Shown here one piece after another: positions 22,665 to 33,629 of a stretch of DNA of 64,000 nucleotides. Each line of letters opens with the position of its first letter. Within the stretch, counting starts at the first letter, position 1. The notes under the pieces are model-generated. The model had not been told where the DNA came from. It ran no database searches and saw only the letters and a list, made by a program, of their open reading frames with translations. Both the position numbers and the translations under genes were made by a program. The stretch comes from Squalus acanthias (lineage: Eukaryota): positions 65,908,001 through 65,972,000 of the forward strand of contig CM059438.1 in NCBI GenBank assembly GCA_030390025.1. Reading direction: 5' to 3'.

Positions 22665-25330
22665 ATGTCTCTTCTAGGAATGCCCACCTTGAAGAAGTTC
22701 TGCTCGTTTCCCCGACGGGATTTCTGTTTCTCTCTTTTGCCTTGTTCATCTTCATTGCTTTCTGTTTCCCTTCTCGTGTTTGATCAGGTATCTACCAAAA
22801 CTCGCTTTCACAGCCACATATTTTTCCTCGGCCACTGTCTCCGGCTCCGACTTATACCACGTGGATTCCAACTGAAATTCTACAATTCGTGTTTTGGATC
22901 CACCCAGGATTACAGATATCTCCAAGATAGTCAGTGTTCCTCGAACCACTGCTCTCGCCACATCCTGAGATCCACGCTCAATGCCATGCATCACCACATG
23001 AACACTCTCGACCTCTCTCTTCAGCAGCACCGACTCACTCTATCTCAAAGCTGTCCTGGTCCACAGTTACATTTCATCCTTCGCCTCATTCGGTGCTTCA
23101 ACAAAAAACTTATTTTCTTCCTTTCAGGTGTCAAGGATCGCAAGCTTTAACAACTCTTGGACACCAACGCCCCTTCCGGAACCTTCTTCCCCTTCACTTT
23201 CCTCTGACCCCATCCCTTCTTCCAATCTCACCCCCTGCCATGTTTTCACTAACCCTTCTGACCTTCCGCTCTCTGACCCCGAACAATCAGTCCTCAGCAA
23301 AGGCCTGAGCTTTATCCCCTTACGCCCCCACCTCAATGAATTTCGAGCTCGGCACGATGCTGAGCTGTTTTTCCGTCGCCTTCATCTCCGTGCCCACTTC
23401 TTTGGCCAGGAGTCTCCCCCCCGCACAGCTGACCCTTTCTCCCGTTTTCAGAATTCTCGTTCTACCTGGACCCCTCCCGCTGCCCTCTTACTCTCTCTAG
23501 ATCTTCTCATTGCGAACTGCCAAAGTGAAATCAGCCGTCTCCATTTCTCTGTTCCCCTCACTCACTCCAACCTACCTCCCTCTGAACTTGCAGTACTCCA
23601 TTCTCTCAGATCTAACCCCAACATTGTCATTAAACCTGCTGACAAGGGTGGTGCTGTTGTTGTTTGGCGAACCAACCTCTACTGTGCGGAGGCTGAACGC
23701 CAACTCTCCGACACCTCCTCCTACCACCCCCTGGACCATGACCCCACTACCGAACATCAAGCCATCGTTTCCAAGACTGTCACTGACCTCATCTCCTCTG
23801 GAGATCTTCCTTCCACAGCTGTCAACCTCATAGTCCCCCAACCCCGCACAGCCCGCTTCTACCTCCTTCCCAAGATCCACAAACAGGGCTGCCCTGGTAG
23901 ACCTATCGTTTCAGCCTGTTCTTGCCTCACGGAACTGATTTCTTCCTATCTCGACTCTATTTTTTCTCCCCTTGTCCAGTCTCTTCCCACCTACATCCGC
24001 GACTCTCCGACGCCCTCCGCCACTTTAACAGTTTCCAGTTTCCTGGCCCCAACTGTATCCTTTTCACTATGGACGTCCAATCCCTCTACACCTCCATCCC
24101 CCACCAGGATGGCCTGAGGGTGCTCCGCTTCTTCCTTGAACAGAGGCCCAACCAGTCCCCATCCACCACCACCCTCCTCCGCCTGGCTGAACTTGTTCTC
24201 ACATTGAACAACTTCTCCTTTGACTCCACTCACTTCCTCCAAATTAAAGGTGCTGCTATGGGAACCCGCATGGGCCCTAGCTATGCCTGCCTTTTCGTGG
24301 GATATGCAGAACATTCTTTGTTCCAGTCCTACTCAGGTCCCCTCCCCACCTCTTTTTCTGGTATATTGATGACTGTATTGGTGCCGTTTCCTGCTCTCGC
24401 CCTGAACTAGAAAATTTCATTCACTTTGCTTCCAATTTCCACCTTTCCTTCACCTTCACATGGGTCCATCTCTGACTCTTCCCTTCCCTTCCTCGACTTC
24501 TCTGTCTCCATTTCTGAGGATAGGCTATCGATGAACATCCACTATAAGCCCACTGACACGCACAGCTACCTGGACTAAACTTCCTCTCACCCCGCTTCCT
24601 GTAAGGACACTATTCCATTCTCCCAGTTTCTCTGTCTCCGCCGCATCTGTTCGGACGATGCCACCTTCCATACTAGTGCTTCCAATGTGTCTTCCTTTTT
24701 CCTCAACCGAGGATTCCCCTCTACCGTGGTTGACATGGCCCTCGATCGTGTCCATTCCATTTTCCATACTTCTGCTCTCACCCCTTCCCCTCCCTCCCAG
24801 AACCATGATAGGGTTCCCCTTGTCCTCACCTTTCACCCCACCAACCTTCACATTCAACGGATCATCCTCCGCCATTTCCTCCACCTCCAAACACATCTTC
24901 CCCTCCCCTCCCCTTTCAGAATTCTGAAGGGACCGCTCCCTCCACGACACCCTGGTCCACTCCTCAATTACCCTAACACTCCCTCCCCTCCCCAAGGCAC
25001 CTTCCCGTGCAAGTGCAGGAGATGCAACACCTGCCCTTTTACCTCCTCCTTTCCCACTGTCCAAGGCCCCAAATACTCCTTCCAGGTGAAACAGTGATTT
25101 ACTTGTACTTCTTGCAATTTAGTATACTTTATTCACTGCACACGATGCGGTCTCATCTACACTGGGGAGATCGCTTTGCAGAATACTGCCGTTCAGTCCG
25201 TAAGGGTGACCCCGAGCTTCTGGTTGCCTGTCACTTTAATTCCCCGCTCCACTCCCACTCCAACCTCTCCGTTCTCGATTAGACACTTTACAGCCTTCTG
25301 GACTCAACATCGAGTTCAACAATTTCAGAC
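22665..25330 (+). pseudogene. PLE polyprotein: reverse transcriptase + Cys-rich linker + GIY-YIG endonuclease (stops and frameshifts)
   Basis: Motifs IKPADKGGAVVVW, FYLLPKIHK, PGRPIVS, FTMDVQSLYTSIP, QIKGAAMGTRMGPSYACLF, YIDD (~24363), HYKPTDTHSYL, CKCRRCNTC, LVYFIHCTRCGLIYTG, VACHFNS. Confidence 0.9.
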
Positions 25331-25512
25331 TACAACCTCTGCCCCTATTTTTTCAGGCAGCAGCTGTTGATTATTCTGCCATCCCCATTTACAACATTTA
25401 ACCTCTCCTGCCTTCCACCCTACCACAGACCTTCCCTTTTGTTCTTTCCTCCCCTGCCCCCTTTCCCTGCCTCTGCACTTGCTTAAAATCTGTTTCATCT
25501 CTAACTTTTTCC

Positions 25513-25549
25513 AGTTCTGACGAAGGGTCACAGACTTGAATCGTTAACT
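25513..25549 (+). ncRNA. Hammerhead motif in the 3' pseudo-LTR (GAAA>GAAU mutation)
   Basis: AGUU-CUGACGA-A-GGGUC ACA GACUU-GAAU-CG-UU-AACU. The truncated 5' pLTR copy keeps GAAACGUUAACU. Confidence 0.7.
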
Positions 25550-25736
25550 CTGTTTCGCTCTCCACGGATGCTGCCTGGCCTGCTGAGTGTTTCCAGCGTT
25601 TTCTGTTTTTGTTTCGGATTCCAGCGTCGGCAGTATTTTGCTTATGTAGTTGTTGTTGTGGTAACCAAGGGAAGCTAACTGCTGATTCGCTCTATGAAGG
25701 ATGTAGCCTGCTGATGGCGGTTTATTTAGAGATAAT

Positions 25737-26489
25737 GGGCTGGATTTTGATACTGGGGCGGATTGGGGTCGTGTCATCCGCTTTTCGTGTTATCCACCCG
25801 ACTGCAATTGGATGTGGGAGATTGATGCAATTTTCACCTAATTGGGCAATTGAGTTCCAGCATGTGGGAACCCATGAACCAATTAGTGGTTTCAGTCTGA
25901 AAGTCGCCTCTGATGATGTCATCATTGCTGCTGCATTGAGGGTCTTCAGAGACTGCCTGGCCTTTGCTGTGAGTGGACCTGGATGCAAAATGAGCAGCAT
26001 CTCAGAGAGAGAGAGAGAGAGAGGGGAGAGAGAGAGAGAATTTTTTTTGTAACCAAGTCCTCCCAGGCAGTCTCTGAAGACATTCAATGCAGCAGCATCA
26101 GAGGCGACTTTCAGACCTAATACTACTACTACCTTCATCACATCTCCGTTGTAATAGTGGACCTGCAGCTGATAGTCAGCTATCCACTTGTGCTCCCGCC
26201 AGGGTTCACTGGCGTGTTTCACATCAGGCATGCTTCACATCGGAAAAGGGTTAAACTAGCTAAAACGTTTCAAAATGGCATTACAGAGCCAATTTAGGGC
26301 TTGTTAAGGGCTTTAATGGCCTCTCCCGCCTCTTGGAGGCGGGACAGAGTCGGGAACACCGCACACAATTTTATCAAAATTGCATGGAGGCGGAATGGAA
26401 GCGGGATCAGGTCCGCCTGCCACTTTTCACAATTTTAACCCCCCACACGCCTCCAAACCTGCCTCCATGGCCCTATGAAAATCCAGCCC
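25737..26489. mobile_element. Harbinger-type MITE
   Basis: Terminal inverted repeats (TIRs) GGGCTGGATTTT...AAAATCCAGCCC with a 3-bp TSD AAT on both sides. Internal inverted repeat around a (GA)n tract. Confidence 0.85.
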
Positions 26490-27439
26490 AATGACTTAGT
26501 TGCCTTGATGCAATACCACTGCAGCACCGCTGTCACTGTCTCACGCCAAAGCTGATAAATCTATGCTTCTTTTGAGGGGCAGAGTAACAGCGGATGCACT
26601 GCTAGAGGTATTCCGATATGAAAATGGATAGACAAGGAGCCCTGGAAAAAATCGACCATGAGCCAGCATTAGGTCGATCCAGAGGTCCAGCTGGAGGCGA
26701 GTGGTGGCCCTGGGGATTAGTAGTGCCCACCAACGAATATAAGCAGTTGAGCAGTCTGCTACAGTTGACTGTCCTGACTAGCGCATCAAAAATGGCCACG
26801 CGGAGAGGGCTGCCAGCAAGAACCGCACCCTAGTACGAGTTAGATGAAAGGAGGGCAGAAGATTTTGGGAAAATGAGGAGGAGCAGGAGCTCGCACAGCG
26901 CTCCATCGCATTAGAACTCGGGTGAGGTGAGCGGCAGACCTGTTGGGGGAAATGTTGATCAGAAGTCAAATGATTGCTCCGCCAGGAGAAAAATCAGAGG
27001 ATGTGTTCCCACGGCATCATTCTAAAGAGCTTGGTTGCAGGGTAATAAATCCAAACAAGGGGTTCAGGTGATATCACATAAAATGAGATCTCAGTTTGAG
27101 CTTGTTGTCCGAACAGCAGATTCTCTCATTGTTTAGAACAGAGGTTCCCATACTTTCTTTTGCTGAGCCCCCCCCCCATAGAGATCCATGTCCCATTCAC
27201 GACCCCCTTTTCCAAGAAACAATATTTTGTAGTCCACAAGAAGATGGCATAGCACATTCCTATTGGTTACCAAAACTGGGTAAAAAATTGTGAGAAGTTC
27301 AAAATGCTCCCCTGGCCTTCAGTCATGTAGGGACTATGGTCCTCAAATTCCCAACCGCTTGAAGGATCTCTACTTTCGAGCAGCAAGCAGGAGTTGCCAC
27401 TGAAATATCCTTCATTTTAACCGGTGTAGCCTCATAGAA

Positions 27440-27669
27440 CCAGTGGAGTTGCACCACGGGACAAACTCAGTACAGCACAGGGCGTTTGAATCCCCGTCGA
27501 TTTCTAGAAGTGGTCATTGGGCCTATCAGAGCTGCTTCTGATGCATAGAAACCGATCAGTGTTGCACTAGGAGCAGCTCTGATATGTCCAATCTCCGCTT
27601 CTAGGAATCAGAGGGGATTCAAACATCCAGCGCTGTGCTGAGGTTGCCTCCATGATGCACCTGCTCTGG
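27440..27669. repeat. Diverged fold-back palindrome (probable old MITE)
   Basis: Arms 27440-27545 and 27563-27669 are reverse complements with scattered mismatches (e.g. GTTTGAATCCCC/GGGGATTCAAAC, TATCAGAGCTGCT/AGCAGCTCTGATA). Confidence 0.8.
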
Positions 27670-28533
27670 CTTGGCATTGGTGGCTCTCGTTCTCGGCCAG
27701 CCCATCCTCCTCACGCTGCCCCTCCCCCCCCCCCCCCCCCCCCCCGCCACACCGATCACCTCAGCACGCCCCTCCGTTTGGGAAACTCTGGTTTAGAATA
27801 AGCAGAAGACAGCAAATTCTCTTCAAAATGTTCGTGTTCATTTGGGTGGTGCTGTGAGCTTAATAATTATCACAGAGCAAGAGGGAGTACTGTTTAAGCA
27901 CTATTCCACTCAGATCACAATCTGTTTCACAATGAGTGGGTAGGTGTGGCGTGCATGCAGGTTTCAGCATCTCCCAGCAGGGGATACGGAAATCTGACAG
28001 CAAGAGTCTTCCTTGAGTAGGTTGAGGCACCCTTTAGTGGCCAACCACAAGGGGCATTGCATCAGCCTGGGAGGAGGCCTCATATCTGGGGTGGGTGGGA
28101 ATAGTGCTTAGTTTTGTTTTTTGTTAAGGTTTTACGATTGCTGTTTTGAAGCTTCAGTTTTGCCAGGTTATTATAAGAGTAGGAAATGCAGCCATTTTAT
28201 CAGCAAATATTCCTTTTTTTTTACTTTCTCCTTCATAAGCTGGTCACAGTGAGCAGACAAAGGATTTTAATGAAAACAGCCAGAGGGCAATGATATCTTG
28301 ATCACTGTTTGTAGATGGAGGCGATACATAAACAGAGAGTTCTAGTTGGAAATAACTTGTGCAAAAGGACTTTGAAAGAGAAAACAGCCGATTAAAAGTT
28401 TGTCTGGAGGAGCAAAACCTCGATTAAGAATTGTGCAAGAGAATTTCTCATTTGGCTAGTTTGTTCTTTGATACTAAGTGCAACTTCAGGCCCCGATAAA
28501 GGATATTCATTGGTGCTGCAGGACCTGAAGGGA

Positions 28534-28930
28534 GTGTGCATGTGTGTCTGTGCGTATGTGTCTGTGTACGTACGTGTCTGAGTGCGTGCGTGTGTGCGTG
28601 CGTATGTGTCTGCGTACGTACATGTCTGAGTGCGTGCGTGTGTGCGTGCATATGTGTCTGTGCATACGTACGTGTCTATGCGTGTGTTTGTGCATGCATG
28701 TCTGTGTGACTTTGTTCATGCATATCTGTGTGTCTGTGCATGCATGTTTGTGCGTATCTCTGCATGCGTGTGTGCATGTATATGTCTGTGCGTGTATGTG
28801 TGTTTGTGCATGTATTTTTGTGTGTCTGTGCATCCATGTTTGTGCATGGGTGTAACTGTGTGTACATGTATATATGTGTGTAAGTGTGTGTGTGTGTGTC
28901 TGCATGCATGTTCGTGCATGTGTGCATGCG
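28534..28930. repeat. Degenerate (TG/CA)n purine-pyrimidine microsatellite tract
   Basis: About 400 bp of TGTG/TGCA/TGCG/TATG units, which generate the spurious HT/CV-rich ORFs. Confidence 0.9.
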
Positions 28931-29342
28931 ATGTTGAATTGAATAAAATGGCGCAAATTCCGACACCCTACTTCCAAACAGTAATGAGCTCTCCAGACAA
29001 AAGAAAGAAATAACTTACATTTCTATGGCACCTTTCATGACCTCAGGATGTCCCAAAGCACGTTACAGCCAATGAACTACTTTTGAAGTGTAGACACTGT
29101 TGTAATATTCACAATTTTAGTGGACTTTGGGTTCAACTGGAGCGTAAGTGTAAAGCCATTTCACTCTGCCTTGAGGCAGCAGTTATACTCTTAAGTGCAA
29201 CTGGAGTTAGAACCCAAGCTGACAGCAAAATGAAGTGCACTGAGATTCCTTTGAGGACGAAGTCTCAACGCCCTACAGTTTGGAGACTATGCAGACCTGA
29301 ACATTAATTGAAACCACGCAAGTTGACTAGTGGTTGAAACTA

Positions 29343-29773
29343 CAGGAAACTCTTGTTTAACCGGCACCTAAATATCCGGAATTCTCTCTTAACCGGCAAA
29401 AATCATCCTCCGAAAACTCCTCTCAAATAACCGGCAATGTTGCCGAGTCGCAGTCCGAGTCTCCCGCGAACGCCGAGTACTCCGAAAACTCCTCTCAAAT
29501 AACCGGCAATGTTGCTGAGTCCGAGCCCGAGCCCGCGAACGCCGAGTTAGTCAGTGGGGGCAGTACTGTACTTAATCAAGCATCTTCCACCATCCATTTA
29601 ACACAACATTCTGTAGGTGAGTAACCAAATACTGTATACTGCACATTTCTTGATTTTTTTAATTTTTCTTTGTTAAAAATAGCCTCGGTAGATATAACTC
29701 TCCGTTATCCGGAACTTTCGATCAACCGGCACCACGCCGGTCCCGTCGGTGCCGGATACCAAAGAGTTTCCTG
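29343..29773. mobile_element. Tc1/mariner-pogo (Tigger-like) MITE
   Basis: TA-CAGGAAACTCTT...AAGAGTTTCCTG-TA: imperfect ~26-bp TIRs with TA TSD. Internal ~70-bp tandem duplication at 29408-29548. Confidence 0.85.
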
Positions 29774-29923
29774 TAATACACACCAATGCTGAACTCGTAG
29801 CGTGAATGCACCGGTCGTATGACAACTTGCCACACTTGCCAACATATTTCATTTGATACCCCAGTGACAACACTGGAGCAAATAAATGAATCTGTTCAAG
29901 AGGAGCTCAGTCTAACTTTCGCC

Positions 29924-30059
29924 GTTTAGAATATCCATCCTTCCTCACATCCATACAAGTTGAGCCTAGCCTGTTATCCTCCAGACAATATTCTCTCTTC
30001 CCTTCCCCCTGCCCCCCTTCACCAACAGCACAATTATTTCCTATGAAATATGTGATCAT
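29924..30059. repeat. 136-bp direct repeat, copy 1
   Basis: Identical to 31747-31881 except for one extra C in a C-run. Confidence 0.9.
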
Positions 30060-30872
30060 GTGATGTGGCAGTGATATTATTGAGTCACTTCTCCACCGCT
30101 CTCATTAAGCTCTACCCCACAACATTTTAGGTAAACAGTGCCCCTTTTAACAAGTCCTTTCATTCATGTTCATATTTTCCTACAGTATGAAGAACACTGA
30201 GAGAGAAAAACGCACAAGAACTGTTTCTCATTCACTGTTTTTATCAGTGATGGGTTGTTAGAAATGATCTTCCTGAACCTGTCCAGCCAAACTTGAAATT
30301 GCATCATTACAGAAAGAATATTACTAAATGTTTTAAAAGATCTCTTTGGTATTTTCAGTAGTGCACAGCATTATGTAATGTGTTTTAACACAATGAGCCA
30401 TCAAGCTGGGGTGCAGCTAATGAAGTCAAACCGTTCAGTCAGTGCATGTCCATATTTAAGAAAAATTGCACGTATAAAGGGCAACATTGCTTGATTGTCC
30501 ACAAATCATGATATTGCTATTCTTAAAATTATTTTGATGAACTTTAAGCTGTCAGTGGTGGGCAATGGAACAATTTCCTACAATTTATATCCCAGCAACT
30601 TTTTTAACCTGCCTGTGTGGCATTTTCATCTTCCAGCCATCCTTATAGCATCTCTGACTCTTGTCAGTTTAGGCCCTGGCTTTTGCTGTGAATTTACAAG
30701 CCACTTGGGACTTTATTGCTATGACCCAAACTCGCTTTGCACACGGATACAAAGAAAATGAACAAGTACGGGACATTTAGTGGCCCGTAGCCATTTTTAA
30801 GGACACCGGGATGGGGGAGGTTTCACATTAAGGCTTCAAAACTGTAGGCCTGAAGCCTAGATTTGAAACCAG

Positions 30873-31058
30873 GGGGGTAATTTTCACCTAACCTGCTTGC
30901 TGGGAACGGGGCAGATTTGGGCTGGATGCCAGTTTTACTCCTCGCCCAATTTACGCTCCGTTAAAGTCAATGGAAAGCAAATTTGGGCGGAGCGTAAAAC
31001 GGGCGTTTGACCGAACCCTCCCCATTCCTGCCGGGTGGGTTAGTTTAAAATTACCCCC
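30873..31058. mobile_element. Palindromic Harbinger-like MITE
   Basis: TIRs GGGGGTAATTTT...AAAATTACCCCC with nested internal inverted repeats (GTTTTAC/GTAAAAC, CGCCCAA/TTGGGCG). Confidence 0.7.
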
Positions 31059-31746
31059 ACAGGTTTCACTGATTTAAAAAGGAGGGTGTTCTAGTCCACT
31101 TTCCAAGATAATATGTGCAAGCAAAATGCCAAATCTGTTGCAGGTGAGCAGAGCTTGTTATAGTAGGACTGCGGGCAAGGGCTGAACTTTAAAAGCCTAC
31201 TTTAAGTCGCATTTAAAATTGCATCTTTACATAGTCATCTTGTAATTAAATTCCCCTCACTTACAGCCAGGAGTTTAGTAACCACTAAGTAAAACTTTGT
31301 TCGCTTAAAAAAGAGCATTGCTTTCATGAAAAGTGTACAAAACCATTTTCTTTGGGCAGAGTGAAGGGCTTCAAAAAAATCTGTGTGTTACTTCTGTCAC
31401 AATGACATTGTAAAAAGGGTTTGCCAAAATTTTTTTCGTTAAGTTAATGTTGCTTTTGAAATTATTTCAAGTTTTATGGAGAGGTACATCCATATTGTGT
31501 GATCGGTGTCGGTACTTTAACGCTGCAGGCCTCTCTGTTTGTGTGATTTGTGTAGTCATATTGTGGGTCCCCTTTTTTCTGTTTTGCATGGGTAATTCTA
31601 TTGCTGGCTTGTGCTTTTGTACAACTTGCACGAACCCTTTTGTGAAGAAGATAAGGAAGTCAAGAATGAGGCACGTCAAGCCTGCTAATGTACAGTCGAT
31701 CACATCACGGAATGCACCATTCTCTCAGGGAAAGTTATCCCACAAA

Positions 31747-31881
31747 GTTTAGAATATCCATCCTTCCTCACATCCATACAAGTTGAGCCTAGCCTGTTAT
31801 CCTCCAGACAATATTCTCTCTTCCCTTCCCCCTGCCCCCTTCACCAACAGCACAATTATTTCCTATGAAATATGTGATCAT
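31747..31881. repeat. 136-bp direct repeat, copy 2
   Basis: See 29924-30059. Continues into an old CR1 3' end on the minus strand (EAETISSLKAELAKYL). Confidence 0.9.
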
Positions 31882-33415
31882 CTCCATCAACAATCTATAT
31901 TCCCTAATCTCATTTTCATCCAGATACTTAGCCAGCTCCGCTTTCAGTGAGCTAATTGTTTCAGCTTCCACTGCTAGTCCGTACCGTGGAGATTTAAGTT
32001 AGCAAAGAAAAGGCAATTTGGCCGTTGAACCTGTTCGCCTTGGCAGCCCAATTTAATCCCAATCCCCACCCTTTCTCCATATCCTTCAATACCCTTACTT
32101 CCCAAATAATTACCTAATTCCATTTTAAACACCTCAGTTGATTCCGAATCTATGGTTTTCTGGGAAGTCCACTTTCTCAATGCTTGGTGAGGATTTTCTT
32201 TTAATTGCAATTTGCTTTTATGTAGTTTAGTTCTAACGTTCAGGTTATGTTCCCTTGACCTGGATTACATAGGATTACATAGGATATAGAGCACAGAAAC
32301 AGGCCATTCGGCCCAACTAGTCCATGCCGGTGTTTTTGCTCCACTCGAGCCTCCTCCCATCTTTCCTCATCCGACTCTATCAGCATAACCCTCTATTCCC
32401 TTCTCCCTCATATGCTTATCCAGCTTCCCCTTAAATACATCTATATTATTCGCCTCAACTATTCCCTGTGGTAGCAAGTTCCATATTCTCACCACTCTGG
32501 GTAAAGAAGTCTCTTCTGAATCCCCTATTGGATTTATTGGGCACTATCTTATATTCATCGCCTCTAGTTTTGCTCTTCCCCACAAGTGGAAACAATCTCT
32601 CTCTCTGTCTACTCTATCAAAACCTTTCATAATTTTAAAGACCTCTATTGGTCACCCCTCAGCCTTCTCTTTTCAAGTGAAAAGAGACCGAGCTTGTTCA
32701 TCCTTTCCTGACAGGTATAACCTCGACATTCTGGTATTATCCTTGTAAATCTTTTTGCACCCTCTCCAGTGCCTCTATACCTTTTTATAATATGACAACC
32801 AGAACTGTAAACAGTACTCCAAATGTGGTCTAACTAAGGTTCGATACTAGTTTAGCATAACTTCTCTACTTTTCAATTCTATCCCTCTAGAAATAAACCC
32901 TAGTGCTTGGTTTGCTTTTGTTATGGCCTTATTGACATGAGTCGCAACTTTTAGTGGTTTGTGTATTTGTACTCCCAGATCCCTTTGCTCCTCTACTCCT
33001 TTTAGATTCTTATTTTCCAAGTAATATGTCACCTTTCTTACCAAAATGTAATACCACACACTTATTTATGTTGAAATTGATTTGCCAATTATATACCCAT
33101 TCTGCAAGTTTATTAATGTCTTCTTGAAATTTGTTGCAGTCCTCCTCAGTGTTGACTATCCCTCCCAATTTGGTGTTGTCCGCAAATTTAGAAATTATGT
33201 TTTTGATTCCAAAGTCTAATTGTTGATATAAATTGTGAACAGTGGTCCCAGCACTGATTCTTGTGGGACCGCACTTCCCACCTTCTGCCATTCTGAATAG
33301 ATATACTTTATCCATACTCTCTGCTTTCTGTCTTGCAGCCAGCTAGCTATCCAATCTACTACTTGTCCCCTTATTCTGCATGCTCTGACCTTATTCATTA
33401 GTCTATTATGTGGTA

Positions 33416-33629
33416 TAAAAACAGAAAATGCTGGAAATACTCAGCAGTTCAGGCAGCATCTGTGGAGAGAGAAACAGAGTTAATGTTTCAGGTTGATTAC
33501 CTTTCGTCAGAACTGTTCTGACGAACGTTAACTCTGTTTCTCTCTCCACAGATGCTGCCTGACCTGCTGAGTATTTCCAGCATTTTCTGTTTTTATTCCA
33601 GATTTCCAGCATCAACAGTATTTTGCTTT
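33416..33629. mobile_element. Fold-back non-autonomous PLE (family B) inserted in the CR1 RT
   Basis: 14-bp TSD TCTATTATGTGGTA at 33402-33415 and 33630-33643. Inverted arms are homologous to the pLTR at 25513-25644. Confidence 0.9.
33478..33514 (-). ncRNA. Minimal hammerhead ribozyme motif
   Basis: AGUU-CUGACGA-A-AGGU AAUCA ACCU-GAAA-CA-UU-AACU. The ACGU palindrome has decayed to ACAU. Confidence 0.7.

Larger units (their letters stand above)
22523..25644 (+). mobile_element. Penelope-like retroelement (Neptune-type), near full length, with direct pseudo-LTRs
   Basis: Direct terminal repeats at 22523-22640 and ~25513-25644. 14-bp TSD TGTA(A/G)TTGTTGTTG at 22509-22522 and 25645-25658. RT and GIY-YIG coding remnants inside. 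Confidence 0.92.

Noticed and set aside
26600..27300. Coding-looking segment with short ORFs
   Set aside because: No identifiable motifs or consistent splice sites; it may be a decayed transposon but I cannot support a call.
28448..29013. Several long His/Thr- or Cys/Val-rich ORFs
   Set aside because: They are translations of a degenerate (TG)n microsatellite and are open in many frames on both strands.
29408..29548. Repeat-spacer-like pattern (CRISPR-like)
   Set aside because: Only two tandem units inside a eukaryotic MITE, with no unique spacers and no cas genes.
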